Shown here: positions 10,268 to 19,809 of the stretch, one piece after another
How the letters are laid out: each line of letters opens with the position of its first letter
Position numbering within the stretch: position 1 is the stretch's first letter
Assembly: GCA_963817955.1 (NCBI GenBank)
Contig: CAWFQK010000001.1
Coordinates: 1-64,000 of the forward strand
Direction of reading: 5' to 3'
Source of the DNA: an uncultured Gemmatimonadaceae bacterium
Lineage (GTDB): Bacteria; Gemmatimonadota; Gemmatimonadetes; Gemmatimonadales; Gemmatimonadaceae
DNA length: 64,000 nt
The notes under the pieces: model-generated
What the model was told of the DNA's origin: nothing
Databases searched by the model: none
What the model saw: the letters and a program-made list of their open reading frames with translations, nothing else
Translations under genes and position numbers: made by a program

Positions 10268-10999
10268 TTGAGCAACGCAACCCCAACGGAGTTCGAGCTC
10301 GACATGGGCTATTCCCGCTATTCGTACGCACCGGCAACAGTTCAAGTCCGATCCGGCACCGAGCGTGCGACGCTCGTCCGTCGCACGTACGCGCTCGTCT
10401 TTCTCAGCGTCATCGTCACGATGCTGGGCGCCGCGTTCGCGTTCACCCAACCTGCGCTGCTCGGGGCCGTCTCCGCGCACCCGTTCATCACCTTCATCTG
10501 TATGTTCATCCCGCTGATGATGGCGCAGCGCGCCGCGCGGGAGTTTCCCAAGAACGTGATTCTGACGTTCCTGTTCACGTTCATCGAGGGCATCTGGCTC
10601 GCGCCGTTCCTGCTCCTCGCCGAGAGCAGGGCGCCGGGTACGGTCAACCAAGCGCTGCTGCTCACCTTTGTCGCATTTGGCGGCCTTTCCGCTTACGCCC
10701 TGGTCAGCCGTCGCGATTTCAGCGCATGGGGCAGCTTCCTCATGGTGGGCGTGCTCGTGCTCATCGTCGCGTTGATCGTCAACGCGTTCCTTCCCAACTT
10801 CGTCGCCGGCATGTGGATCTCCTCCATTGGCGTGCTGATCTTTAGCGGTCTGCTCGTGTTTGATACGTCACGCCTCCTGCGCTCCAACGCGCTGGGGCAG
10901 GACGATTACGTCATTGCCGCGGTGCAGATCTACCTCGATCTGCTGAACATGTTCATGTTCCTGCTCATGCTGCTTGGCGGCGGAAGAAATCGGCGGTAA
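10268..10999 (+). CDS. Bax inhibitor-1/YccA family membrane protein
   Basis: About 7 TM; LVRRTY, RRDFS, FDTSRL, AAVQIYLDLLNMF; alternative start ATG 10304. Confidence 0.92.
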   Translation: MSNATPTEFELDMGYSRYSYAPATVQVRSGTERATLVRRTYALVFLSVIVTMLGAAFAFTQPALLGAVSAHPFITFICMFIPLMMAQRAAREFPKNVILTFLFTFIEGIWLAPFLLLAESRAPGTVNQALLLTFVAFGGLSAYALVSRRDFSAWGSFLMVGVLVLIVALIVNAFLPNFVAGMWISSIGVLIFSGLLVFDTSRLLRSNALGQDDYVIAAVQIYLDLLNMFMFLLMLLGGGRNRR

Positions 11000-11005
11000 T
11001 CGCAG

Positions 11006-11290
11006 CTACTTCCCCGCTGCCTCGACCTTTTTGGCGAGATCCAGGTCTTTCTGCGTGACCCCGCCGGCGTCGTGCGTCGACAACGTCGTCGTCACCTTGG
11101 TGTAGCGGATGTCGATGTCGGGGTGATGTACCATGGCATCCGCCGCCCGGGCCACGCGGTCAACGAATGCAATGCCGTCGGCGAATCGCTCGAAGGTAAA
11201 CGTTTTGGTCAGTGCATCACCGCGGCGAGACCAGCCGGTAAGCCCGGTGAGTGCGCGCTGGATCTCGAGATCGGAAAGCTTCTGTGGCAT
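11006..11290 (-). CDS. Pterin-4-alpha-carbinolamine dehydratase
   Basis: HHPDIDIRYTKV and LSTHDAGGVTQKD. Confidence 0.93.
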   Translation of the reverse strand: MPQKLSDLEIQRALTGLTGWSRRGDALTKTFTFERFADGIAFVDRVARAADAMVHHPDIDIRYTKVTTTLSTHDAGGVTQKDLDLAKKVEAAGK

Positions 11291-11360
11291 TGGCGTCAGG
11301 GTTACGGGTTCGTGGCTTGGAGTAGAGATTCCAGCACGAACCGTTCTTGAGTGAGCCATC

Positions 11361-11972
11361 GTGACCTTTTGCATATCCTGCCGGCGCATCGCGCTCGCAC
11401 TAATCGTACTCGCTCCCGCCACGGCGCACGGCCAGGCCGGCGACTCGGTGCGGCTGTCGACGAACTACTGGTGGCGCATTGCGCTCGGCGCGACAACAAG
11501 CGTGCTGATGCACGAAGCGGCCCACATAATCACGGCAGCTGCCCTCGGCGGACACCCCCAGGTGGGATTCGACGAGGCGCGCCCCACGATCTACTCCGGC
11601 ATCGATTCGCATGTCCAGCCGCACAAGCAATTCTTGTTTTCGGCGTCAGGACTCACCATGCAGTCGCTGATCGACGAAGCGATTCTCGACATTCCCCATA
11701 CGCACGGAAGCGCCATCGAGCGCGGCGTGCTTGGCGGCGGCATTGGCACCACAGTCTTCTACCTGACCATCGGCCGCCGCGGCTCGGTTAGCGACGTAAC
11801 CTTCATGGTGCGCAGCCACGCCATGACGGCAACGCAGATCACGTTGCTGTTTGGCAGCGTGGCGGCGCTCCACACGTTGCGCGTGACACGAGACAAACAC
11901 TACGCGAACTTCTTCGTCCGGCCACGCACCGATGGCCGTGTCGATATTGGGGTGAATATCAGCGATCTCTGA
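11361..11972 (+). CDS. Hypothetical exported/membrane protein with an HExxH motif
   Basis: Signal peptide; MHEAAH within a hydrophobic helix. Confidence 0.6.
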   Translation: MTFCISCRRIALALIVLAPATAHGQAGDSVRLSTNYWWRIALGATTSVLMHEAAHIITAAALGGHPQVGFDEARPTIYSGIDSHVQPHKQFLFSASGLTMQSLIDEAILDIPHTHGSAIERGVLGGGIGTTVFYLTIGRRGSVSDVTFMVRSHAMTATQITLLFGSVAALHTLRVTRDKHYANFFVRPRTDGRVDIGVNISDL

Positions 11973-13479
11973 TCGCGATCGGCGGCCCGTACACCGTTCC
12001 GTCGCTCAACCGTGCGATGGTTCGCAAATGCGCCATCGCCGCCAGGCTATCCGGTGGAACGCCATCCGGGCTCGGCACGTCGAAGGCGATGACGACGGCG
12101 TTGCGTCGTGCCAAGGTGTCTGCAAAGGCACGCAGCTCGGTCGGTTTGCGGGCGTTGGGCAGTTCGCGCGTCGGACGGTGCAGGTAGAAGTACGCCGCCA
12201 TTGGCCAGTTGGAGTAGAGTGGCATGGAGGCTCCGCTCTCGCGCGCCCAGCGGAGCAGGGACGACGTACGCCACTGCTCACCGGCGAAATCGGCGCCGTT
12301 CGTCGTCGCCCACTCGATATCCTCACTGCTTGCCGAGGCGGACATGGCCGCCCAGGCGATCGCCGCCGCGGCAATGACGCCGCGCAGCAGCAATCCCCAC
12401 GTTCGCCATTCGACGGCGATCGCCGCGACCACTGCCACCGTGAGCACGAGCAGCAGCGGCGCAAGAATACGCTCGTCGAAGGGTATACCCGGATCGGCGG
12501 TGAGCCGAGACCCCATGATGACGACCACATAGCACACGCTCATGGCTGCGCACGCAGCGAGCAACCGTGCCACCGGGAGTTGCCGCCGGATCGTCGCACG
12601 CACACCGAGTGTCGTCACTGCCACGAGCAGCAGGACGGCAAGCGCGCCTAGCCAGAGCGACAGCACGCTCGGCGCCTCACTGGTAGGAATGAGCCACGCA
12701 GCGACGGTGTGCCAACCCTCCGCCAGCGTGCTCGAAAGACCCGGGTACATGCCGAAGCTGCGAATGACCGTTGGTCCCTTGGTGTGCAGCATCCAAGCGC
12801 CCTGCAGCACGAGTGTCGGAAGCCCGGCGAGAACGGCCCGCGTAAACCGACGGCGCGGGGTGCCCGGCTCGATCAGTTGCCACAGCACCACGGCGCCACT
12901 CACCGCGATGCCTGCATAACGCACCAGCGCCGAGAGTGCGGCCAACAGACCTGAGGTGAGTGGATGCGCGCGACGCACCATCGCGGCGAGCGTCAGCGAC
13001 ATCAGCGCGAGAAAGAGCGGTTCGCTCAGCACGGACAGGTGCACGAGTACGAGCGGGCGCGCCACGAGCAGGGCAACTCCCAGCACCAGACCGGCAATCA
13101 TGCCTGCCTCCGATGCAACGAGCAGTGCCAGGATCGCCACGGTCACGCCGAACGAAATTGCCTCAATGAGTCGCGCTCCCTGCAACGGCTCCATGCCTGC
13201 CGCGAGTGTTGCGGCGACCGCCAGAGGGAAGCCTGGCGGAAAGTGCGCCAGGCTCGATGTCGAGTCTGTGCTGGGCCACGCGGCCATGGGAATCCGTAGA
13301 CCTGAACCGTTCTTAAGTGATTCGGCGGCACCAAGATAAGATGCCGAATCGGGGTCCAAGCCTGGGCCGGGCGCATGGGTTGTGTAGAGGACTTCGGCCG
13401 GTGCAATGAGCAGGAACGCAAAGGCGAGTGCCTTGCATCTTCGGCGAATGTTCGGTATGGTCCTGACCCCGATCTTCAC
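11959..13479 (-). CDS. GT-C type (ArnT-like) multi-TM glycosyltransferase
   Basis: DPDSASY, HFPPGFP, SEPLF, VRYAG and many TM helices; start uncertain (GTG 13479). Confidence 0.7.
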   Translation of the reverse strand: MKIGVRTIPNIRRRCKALAFAFLLIAPAEVLYTTHAPGPGLDPDSASYLGAAESLKNGSGLRIPMAAWPSTDSTSSLAHFPPGFPLAVAATLAAGMEPLQGARLIEAISFGVTVAILALLVASEAGMIAGLVLGVALLVARPLVLVHLSVLSEPLFLALMSLTLAAMVRRAHPLTSGLLAALSALVRYAGIAVSGAVVLWQLIEPGTPRRRFTRAVLAGLPTLVLQGAWMLHTKGPTVIRSFGMYPGLSSTLAEGWHTVAAWLIPTSEAPSVLSLWLGALAVLLLVAVTTLGVRATIRRQLPVARLLAACAAMSVCYVVVIMGSRLTADPGIPFDERILAPLLLVLTVAVVAAIAVEWRTWGLLLRGVIAAAAIAWAAMSASASSEDIEWATTNGADFAGEQWRTSSLLRWARESGASMPLYSNWPMAAYFYLHRPTRELPNARKPTELRAFADTLARRNAVVIAFDVPSPDGVPPDSLAAMAHLRTIARLSDGTVYGPPIAIRDR

Positions 13480-13700
13480 GAGTCGAGTAGCTGATGGCAG
13501 TGAGAATGGAGCAAGGCGCACTCCCGCCCTGGCTCGCGTTCGAGCAGAAACGCCGCGGAGGCTCTGCGAAAGGTGCTCCGTTCCGGCTCGGAGCGGCACC
13601 TCGCCCTGCTTCGTGGTGCAGCGATTCGCTGGGGCAGTCGGCCAGTTGGCGTTCGGCTTTGCGTCCTGAGAATGTTTGTGATATGCCCTAGGCACCACTC

Positions 13701-13730
13701 TTGCCTTCGGTTTGTGTTCGGCATACGTTG
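13701..13730 (+). promoter_or_regulatory. Sigma70 promoter of imuABC with an overlapping candidate SOS operator
   Basis: TTGCCT-N17-TACGTT overlapped by CTTC-N7-GTTC-N7-GTTG (11-bp period). Confidence 0.55.
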
Positions 13731-13760
13731 ATATCACTTTTCCACACGCCGTAACTTTCC

Positions 13761-14453
13761 ATGGCCACATCCCTCGCCGCGCTCCGCGCGCTCATCGAGC
13801 AGCGATTTCCGGATGCGACGCCGCTCACCGGCGGGACGCAGACAACGGAGCACGTCGGCACCGGCATTGCCGCGCTCGATCAGGTGCTGCCGAACGGAGG
13901 ATTGCCACGCGGCCGGTTGTCGGTGTGGGTGCCACATGGCGGGGCGACGGCCATTCTCCGCGCCTCCTGCCATTCCGTCATCGCCAACGGCGAGCGTGCC
14001 GCATGGATCGATGGCGACAACACCGTCGCCGGCGCGTTCTGGGCAGAGGGTCCCTATCTCGTGAAACCCCGGTCGCGCATCCATGCCCTGCGCGCGGCGG
14101 AAGAGCTGCTGCGCTCGGGCGGATTCTCGCTCGTCGTCGTCGCCGGCGCCGAGCCGCAGGGGACGGAGACCGTCCGCCTCACGCGCGCAGCACGTGAAGG
14201 AGGTACGGCGCTCATCGCCGTCGGCACATCGGCATCAATGGCGAGTCTCCGGCTGACGTCACGTCTTCTGCGATATCGCTGGCGTCACACACCATTCGGC
14301 GATCCAGCGGAAGCCCAGGAGGCGATGGTGCGTGTGCACGCGCGCTCGGTGGGGTGGAACGCGCACGTCGATTTTCCTCTTCCGGTCATGCATCATGCAG
14401 TACGTCTGTCTCTGGAGTCCGAGCTGGCCGACCGGCGCGGACTTCCGCGCTGA
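13761..14453 (+). CDS. imuA: ImuA-like RecA-fold mutasome protein
   Basis: TGIAALDQVLPNGGLPRG, AAWID, AAEELLRSGGF; no Walker A; first gene of the imu cassette. Confidence 0.8.
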   Translation: MATSLAALRALIEQRFPDATPLTGGTQTTEHVGTGIAALDQVLPNGGLPRGRLSVWVPHGGATAILRASCHSVIANGERAAWIDGDNTVAGAFWAEGPYLVKPRSRIHALRAAEELLRSGGFSLVVVAGAEPQGTETVRLTRAAREGGTALIAVGTSASMASLRLTSRLLRYRWRHTPFGDPAEAQEAMVRVHARSVGWNAHVDFPLPVMHHAVRLSLESELADRRGLPR

Positions 14454-15705
14454 TCTCGTCGCTGGCCTGCTCGTGCATGCGCCGCGCGTCGCCGTCGGCG
14501 AGCGCGGACTCGTCTGGGCCGATGCGCGCGGTCTGCACAGCCCGCAGCTCGCGGACGTGCTGCTCCAGGTGGCGAGCGATTATGGCCATGACGACGCACA
14601 CGCCGGTGTGGCACTCACGCCCGTTGCCGCCGAAGTCGCCGCGACGCAGGGCAGCACGCCGCTCGTCGTCGTGAAGGCGGGACAGGACCGGGCCTTTCTC
14701 GCACCCTACCCGCTCGCCGTCCTCTCCCCATCGGAGCCGCTCGCCACATTGCTCCGCGGGCTCGGAATCGAGACGTGTGGCGCCTTCGCCGCGCTCGACG
14801 CTGAAGCCATCGAAGTGCGGCTTGGCCTCGACGGTGTACGGCTCTGGCAACGCGCCCGAGCCGACGATGCGCGTTGGCTCTTTCGAATTCCTGTACGAGC
14901 GTTGCCGAGCGCCTCGCTGGAGTGGGTGGAATACGGATTGAAGGATCCGGAGCGACTGCAATTCGTCATCAACTCGCTCGCCGGCACCGTCTCCGCGTCG
15001 CTCGTGACGCGCGGCGAGCGCGCCCGTGAGATGGCGCTCGTCTTCTCGCTCGGCAACCGGACGCAGCGCACGCATCTCATTCGTTCGTCACGACCAAGCG
15101 CCGAACAGAAGCGCTGGATGCGCCTCGTGCGCGAGGCGCTCGACACCATCACGCTCCCCGATGCCGTGATGGGAGTGACGCTCCGCGTCGAGTCGGTGAC
15201 GGGCAACGACGGGGCGCAGGGCGATCTGTTCGACCGCGGTTTCGCCAGCGCGCCGATGGTGGAAAACGCGATCATCCAACTCACCGACGATCAGGGCGAT
15301 GTCGTCGTGGAGCCGGTGAACACGGAGCATCCACTGGTGGAGGAAAGGACAACGTGGAAGGGAGTGGCGAGTAGCGCGGACCGAGAGGCGAGCGGTCGGA
15401 CCGGCGCGCGGCCGCTCGTCGCGCGTCCCTCGCTCACCCTGCAACTGCTTCCCACGCCCAAGGTCGTCACCGTGGACACACAGCCGCGCCGAGATCACGA
15501 CGTGCCGGTGCGCTACATGGATGGCAATGAGTGGCACGATATCGTCGAGGCGGCGGGCCCGGACCGCGTTTCCGGCGGTCATTGGTACAGCGCCTACGCT
15601 CGCGAGTATTTCCGCTGCGTGCGCGAGGACGGGATGATGGTGTGGTTGTTCCGCGGTACCAGGCAGCAATCGTCGGACTGGTTTCTCCACGGCTGGTGGG
15701 ACTGA
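14395..15705 (+). CDS. imuB: ImuB, inactive Y-family polymerase-like protein
   Basis: LGIETCGAFAAL thumb motif, clamp-binding QGDLF, GPDRVSGGHW, REYF, C-terminal LHGWWD. Confidence 0.85.
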   Translation: MQYVCLWSPSWPTGADFRADLVAGLLVHAPRVAVGERGLVWADARGLHSPQLADVLLQVASDYGHDDAHAGVALTPVAAEVAATQGSTPLVVVKAGQDRAFLAPYPLAVLSPSEPLATLLRGLGIETCGAFAALDAEAIEVRLGLDGVRLWQRARADDARWLFRIPVRALPSASLEWVEYGLKDPERLQFVINSLAGTVSASLVTRGERAREMALVFSLGNRTQRTHLIRSSRPSAEQKRWMRLVREALDTITLPDAVMGVTLRVESVTGNDGAQGDLFDRGFASAPMVENAIIQLTDDQGDVVVEPVNTEHPLVEERTTWKGVASSADREASGRTGARPLVARPSLTLQLLPTPKVVTVDTQPRRDHDVPVRYMDGNEWHDIVEAAGPDRVSGGHWYSAYAREYFRCVREDGMMVWLFRGTRQQSSDWFLHGWWD

Positions 15706-15724
15706 CACGGGACACGGGACACGA
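15704..15724. repeat. GACACGG heptamer x3
   Basis: GACACGG GACACGG GACACGA fills the whole imuB-dnaE2 spacer. Confidence 0.85.
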
Positions 15725-18700
15725 GTGTACGTCGAGCTGCGCGCACATACCTGCTTCTCCTTCTCCGACGGTGCCGTTTCTGCGGAGTCGCTGGCGAAGC
15801 ACGCACGTGCGCTCGGCTACTCGCACCTTGGCATTACCGACACCGCGGACCTCGGCGGCATCGCGAAGTTCGCCGTCGAAGCGATGTCTCCGCTCAAGGA
15901 TCCCATGTGCCGTGGAGCGGACGAGCACACCGACGAGCCGTGCGTCGTCTGCCAATATCCGGTGCGGCCGATCGTCGGCGCGGAGCTCAACGTCGACGGC
16001 CATCCCGCCGCGTTTCTCGCGCGCACGGCGAAAGGCTACCAGAACCTTTCCGCGCTCGTCACGCTGTCGCGCGTTGGCCAGTGGGACGAGTGGGAGAAGA
16101 AGACGCAGGGCAAGCGGCGCGGCCGGCCCAAGGTGACGTGGGCGCAGCTCGCCGCGCACGCGACCGATCTGCATGCACTCACCGGCCCCGCGTCCGGAGC
16201 GCTCGCGTCGCTGTTGCGTGCCGGCCATGCGAGCGATGCCCGCCAGTATCTCGATCGCTGGCGCGAAGTCTTCGTGCCCGGCACACTCTCCGTGGAAGTC
16301 CAGCTCCATCACGTCGGCGGCCATGAGGCCGCGCTCGCCGCCGAGTTGATTGCACTGGCCGACGACAATGGCGTGCCGTGGGTGGCGACGCAGAATCCGC
16401 GCTACGTGGATGAACGCGGCCGGCTCGTGCACGACCTACTCACCGCACTGCGCCTGGGATTGACGATCGACGTCGCTGCCGAACGCGGGCTGCTGCATCC
16501 GAATGGCGAATGGCAATTGCTGTCGCCACGCGAGATGACACGTCGCTGGCACGGGCGCGAGGAGGGATTGCGCGAGAGCGTGCGCGTGGCCGACGAATGC
16601 ACCGGATTCCTGCTCGACTGGATGCGCCCTCCCCTGCCTGACTTCCGCAAAGCCAAGCTCGGCGCCGGCATGAGCGACACCGACGACCACCACGCGTTGC
16701 GCCTGTGGACATACGAAGGCGCGCGCGAGCGATGGGGCGCGCTGTCCGCCGCGCAGGAACATCAGCTGGAGCACGAGCTGGAGCTGATCGGACGGCTTGG
16801 TTTCGCCGGCTTCTTTCTCGTCATGGCCGATGCCGTTCGCTTCGCGCGACGCAAGGGCATTCTGTGCCAGGGGCGCGGCAGCGCCGCGAACTCCGCCGTC
16901 GCCTTCTGTCTCAGCATCACGGCGGTCGATCCGGTGAAGCATGGATTGCTGTTCGAGCGTTTTCTCTCCGAGGCGCGCGTGACCGGCAACGCCGAGCCAC
17001 CCGACATCGACGTGGACTTCGAGCACGAACGGCGCGAGGAAGTACTCGACTACATGTATGCGAACTACGATCGCGCACACGCGGCGATTACGGCGGTCAC
17101 ACAGTGCTACCACGCGCCCACCGCGGTGCAGGACGCCATGCGCGCCCTCGGCTACCCGGTGGCACAGGCGTTGGAGCTCTCCAAGCGCGTGCACGGCCAC
17201 GAACCTGCCGAGTGTCTCGACGCGGTGCGCGAGCTGGCGCAGGCGCGCGGTATCGCGTTGCAGGATGCGCGCGGACACGCATTGCTCATGGCACTCGAAG
17301 GCTTCGATGGGCTGGCCCGCCTGCGCTCGACGCACGTCGGCGGTTTCGTCTTGTCGGCACAGCCGTTGGGCAATTATCTGCCCGTGGAACAGACGACCAT
17401 GGGCCGCACGATCATCCAGTACGACAAGGACGATCTCGACATGATCGGCGTGCCGAAGTTCGACTTTCTCGGGCTGGGTGCGCTGAGCATGGTCCGCAAG
17501 GCGTACGATTGCATAGAACAACGCACCGGCACACGGCCGCAGATGTACGCGGTGCCCGAACCGGACGCCAAGACCTACGACCTCATTCAGCGCGGCGAAA
17601 CAATCGGCACGTTTCAGATTGAGAGTCGCGCACAGATCAATTCCATTCTGCACACGAAGCCCGACCACCTGTACGACATCGTCGTCCAGGTGGCGCTCAT
17701 CCGGCCCGGGCCGATCCAGGCGAGCTTTGTGAAGCCGTACACCGAGCGCAGGCTCGGGCACGAGCCGGTGACGTACCAACATCCCGACCTCGAGACAATC
17801 CTCGTACGCACCCAGGGCATTCCGATCTTCCAGGAACAGGCGATGGCGATCGCCATGCAACTCGGCGGTTACACGGGCGGCCAAGCCGACGCGCTGCGGC
17901 GCACGATGGGCAACATTCGCAAGAAGGGCCGTCTCGAGGCGGCGCTCGCGGATATGAAGAGCGCCATGCTGGCACGCGCGGCACGCGGCGAGATCGCCCC
18001 CCTCAGCACGGAGATGGCCACGAAGATCTGCGAAGACCTGCTCAGCTTCTCGAACTACGGCTTTCCTGAATCACACGCCTGGAGCTTTGCGCTCATCGCC
18101 TATGCGACGACGTACCTCAAGGCGCACCACCCCACCGAATTCTTTCTCGGTCTGCTCAACGCGCAGCCCATGGGCTTCTATCCCGTTTCGACGCTCGTGC
18201 ACGACGCGCGTCGCCACGGCGTCGACGTGCGGCCGCCCTGTCTGGCAACCGGTAGCTGGGAATGTACCGCAGAAGAAACCGATGACTGCGCGCGTCCGGC
18301 ACTGCGCATTGGCTGGCGTTTCGTGCGCGGCATTGGGGACACCGTGATCGCGGCGCTACGCGACGCCAACGCACACGCGCCATTCCGCTCCATTGCCGAC
18401 GTCGTCGAGCGCGCCAAGCTCACGCGTGGCGGTGTGCTGGCCTTCGCACAGGCCGGCGCATTCGCGGCGTGGGCGCCGGATCGGCGGCACGCGGCGTGGG
18501 AAGGTCTACGCGCCAGCGGCGACGTGCTCCCGCTCGCACCGGCCACGGTCACCTATCATGATCCGGTGCCACTGAATCGCGAGCAACTCGTCTTCCTCGA
18601 TTATCATGCCGTTGGCATGAGCATTTATGGTCATCCTATGGAGTCGGTGCGCGAGAAGCTGACGAGCGGCGGCGCGATCGACAGCACGCAACTCGCCACC

Positions 18701-18988
18701 ATGCCGAATGGCCGCATGGTGACAGTCGGCGGACTCGTCACCGTGCGCCAACGCCCGGCGACAGCAGGCGGAACCATCTTCCTGCTGCTCGAGGACGAGC
18801 ACGGGTATATGAACATCATCGTGCCGAAGCCGCTCGTCGCGCCAAACGAGGAAGTGGTGAAGCGCGCGCCGTTCGTGCTCGTACAAGGACGTGTGGAGAA
18901 TGACGGCGCGTCAATCTCGGTCGTCGGCAAACGTTTCAAGGAGCTGGAGGTAGGCGAGCTGACGCACCGGGGGCACGAGTTCCGCTGA
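15725..18988 (+). CDS. dnaE2: Error-prone DNA polymerase DnaE2 (ImuC)
   Basis: YVELRAHTCFSF (PHP domain), QGRGSAANS, PPDIDVDFEH, KFDFLGLG, YGFPESH, RQRPATAGG, C-terminal HEFR. Confidence 0.96.
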   Translation: MYVELRAHTCFSFSDGAVSAESLAKHARALGYSHLGITDTADLGGIAKFAVEAMSPLKDPMCRGADEHTDEPCVVCQYPVRPIVGAELNVDGHPAAFLARTAKGYQNLSALVTLSRVGQWDEWEKKTQGKRRGRPKVTWAQLAAHATDLHALTGPASGALASLLRAGHASDARQYLDRWREVFVPGTLSVEVQLHHVGGHEAALAAELIALADDNGVPWVATQNPRYVDERGRLVHDLLTALRLGLTIDVAAERGLLHPNGEWQLLSPREMTRRWHGREEGLRESVRVADECTGFLLDWMRPPLPDFRKAKLGAGMSDTDDHHALRLWTYEGARERWGALSAAQEHQLEHELELIGRLGFAGFFLVMADAVRFARRKGILCQGRGSAANSAVAFCLSITAVDPVKHGLLFERFLSEARVTGNAEPPDIDVDFEHERREEVLDYMYANYDRAHAAITAVTQCYHAPTAVQDAMRALGYPVAQALELSKRVHGHEPAECLDAVRELAQARGIALQDARGHALLMALEGFDGLARLRSTHVGGFVLSAQPLGNYLPVEQTTMGRTIIQYDKDDLDMIGVPKFDFLGLGALSMVRKAYDCIEQRTGTRPQMYAVPEPDAKTYDLIQRGETIGTFQIESRAQINSILHTKPDHLYDIVVQVALIRPGPIQASFVKPYTERRLGHEPVTYQHPDLETILVRTQGIPIFQEQAMAIAMQLGGYTGGQADALRRTMGNIRKKGRLEAALADMKSAMLARAARGEIAPLSTEMATKICEDLLSFSNYGFPESHAWSFALIAYATTYLKAHHPTEFFLGLLNAQPMGFYPVSTLVHDARRHGVDVRPPCLATGSWECTAEETDDCARPALRIGWRFVRGIGDTVIAALRDANAHAPFRSIADVVERAKLTRGGVLAFAQAGAFAAWAPDRRHAAWEGLRASGDVLPLAPATVTYHDPVPLNREQLVFLDYHAVGMSIYGHPMESVREKLTSGGAIDSTQLATMPNGRMVTVGGLVTVRQRPATAGGTIFLLLEDEHGYMNIIVPKPLVAPNEEVVKRAPFVLVQGRVENDGASISVVGKRFKELEVGELTHRGHEFR

Positions 18989-18995
18989 GCAACGC

Positions 18996-19024
18996 GGGCC
19001 TTCGCCGATCACCGGCGAAGGCCC
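18996..19024. terminator. Hairpin between convergent genes (possible bidirectional terminator)
   Basis: GGGCCTTCGCCG-atcac-CGGCGAAGGCCC, 12-bp perfect stem, no long U tract. Confidence 0.6.
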
Positions 19025-19034
19025 CCCATCTCGT

Positions 19035-19610
19035 TCAACGAATGTGATACGCTAAGCCGAGCGAGAACCCCAGATCGTTACGGGTGCTATTTGAGGCCGT
19101 GAGTGGCGACTTGAAGCAGCTCACGTAGTCGCGCGCCTCCAACCGAATGGCGACGAATTTCCGTTGGAACTCCGAACCCACTGCCCCATAGCCGGCCGAG
19201 CACGTATTGCTGCCGATGCCTGACGCAACATAGTCGTACGTGCGACCGCCGGCGCCAATGCCGACGAGCGGCCGGAACAGCCATTCGTCGTTGATCGGAC
19301 GAATGAGATTGAACTCGAGGCCGACGTCATACTGCCAGATGTACGTTCGGTTGCTCGAGAAGCCGCTGAACGTATTGTGTGCCGACGCCCAGCCAACCGA
19401 ACCGAGCAGGTGGATGTTGTCGTTGAACTCGTGCGCGACCTGCGCACCGAGCATGGCGGCCGTCCCGAAATCGGTGCTCTGCGCGCCGGTAGGCACGAAG
19501 GCACCGACGAACGTCCGCACTTCCAGGCCGTTGCCAACCGGGCCCGTCTGTGCTCCAAGGGTCGCCGCCGCGCTGAGAGCGATGGCGGCGAGGAGCGAGA
19601 TGCGACGCAT
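19035..19610 (-). CDS. Outer-membrane beta-barrel protein (OmpA/OmpW-like)
   Basis: Signal peptide, alternating amphipathic strands, C-terminal FSLGLAYHIR. Confidence 0.75.
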   Translation of the reverse strand: MRRISLLAAIALSAAATLGAQTGPVGNGLEVRTFVGAFVPTGAQSTDFGTAAMLGAQVAHEFNDNIHLLGSVGWASAHNTFSGFSSNRTYIWQYDVGLEFNLIRPINDEWLFRPLVGIGAGGRTYDYVASGIGSNTCSAGYGAVGSEFQRKFVAIRLEARDYVSCFKSPLTASNSTRNDLGFSLGLAYHIR

Positions 19611-19809
19611 AGGTCCTCCTGGATCGAGTGGACACACATTCATCTAAATGTGCCGCCTGCCAACGCTCGCCGTGGCGCCACCAGGCAGTTTCGATAGTAG
19701 GATTGCGTGACAAACCGCGTGTCAGCGATTCATGACTGTTTGGTCCGTGGTCCGCTGGCGGCGGTCGTCAGTGTGCAGAGTCAAGAGTGACGTTTGTAGA
19801 TTCCGGCCC

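Noticed and set aside
13540..13610. Hairpins upstream of imuA as a riboswitch or ncRNA
   Set aside because: Imperfect GC-rich stems with no recognisable motif; may be chance or REP-like
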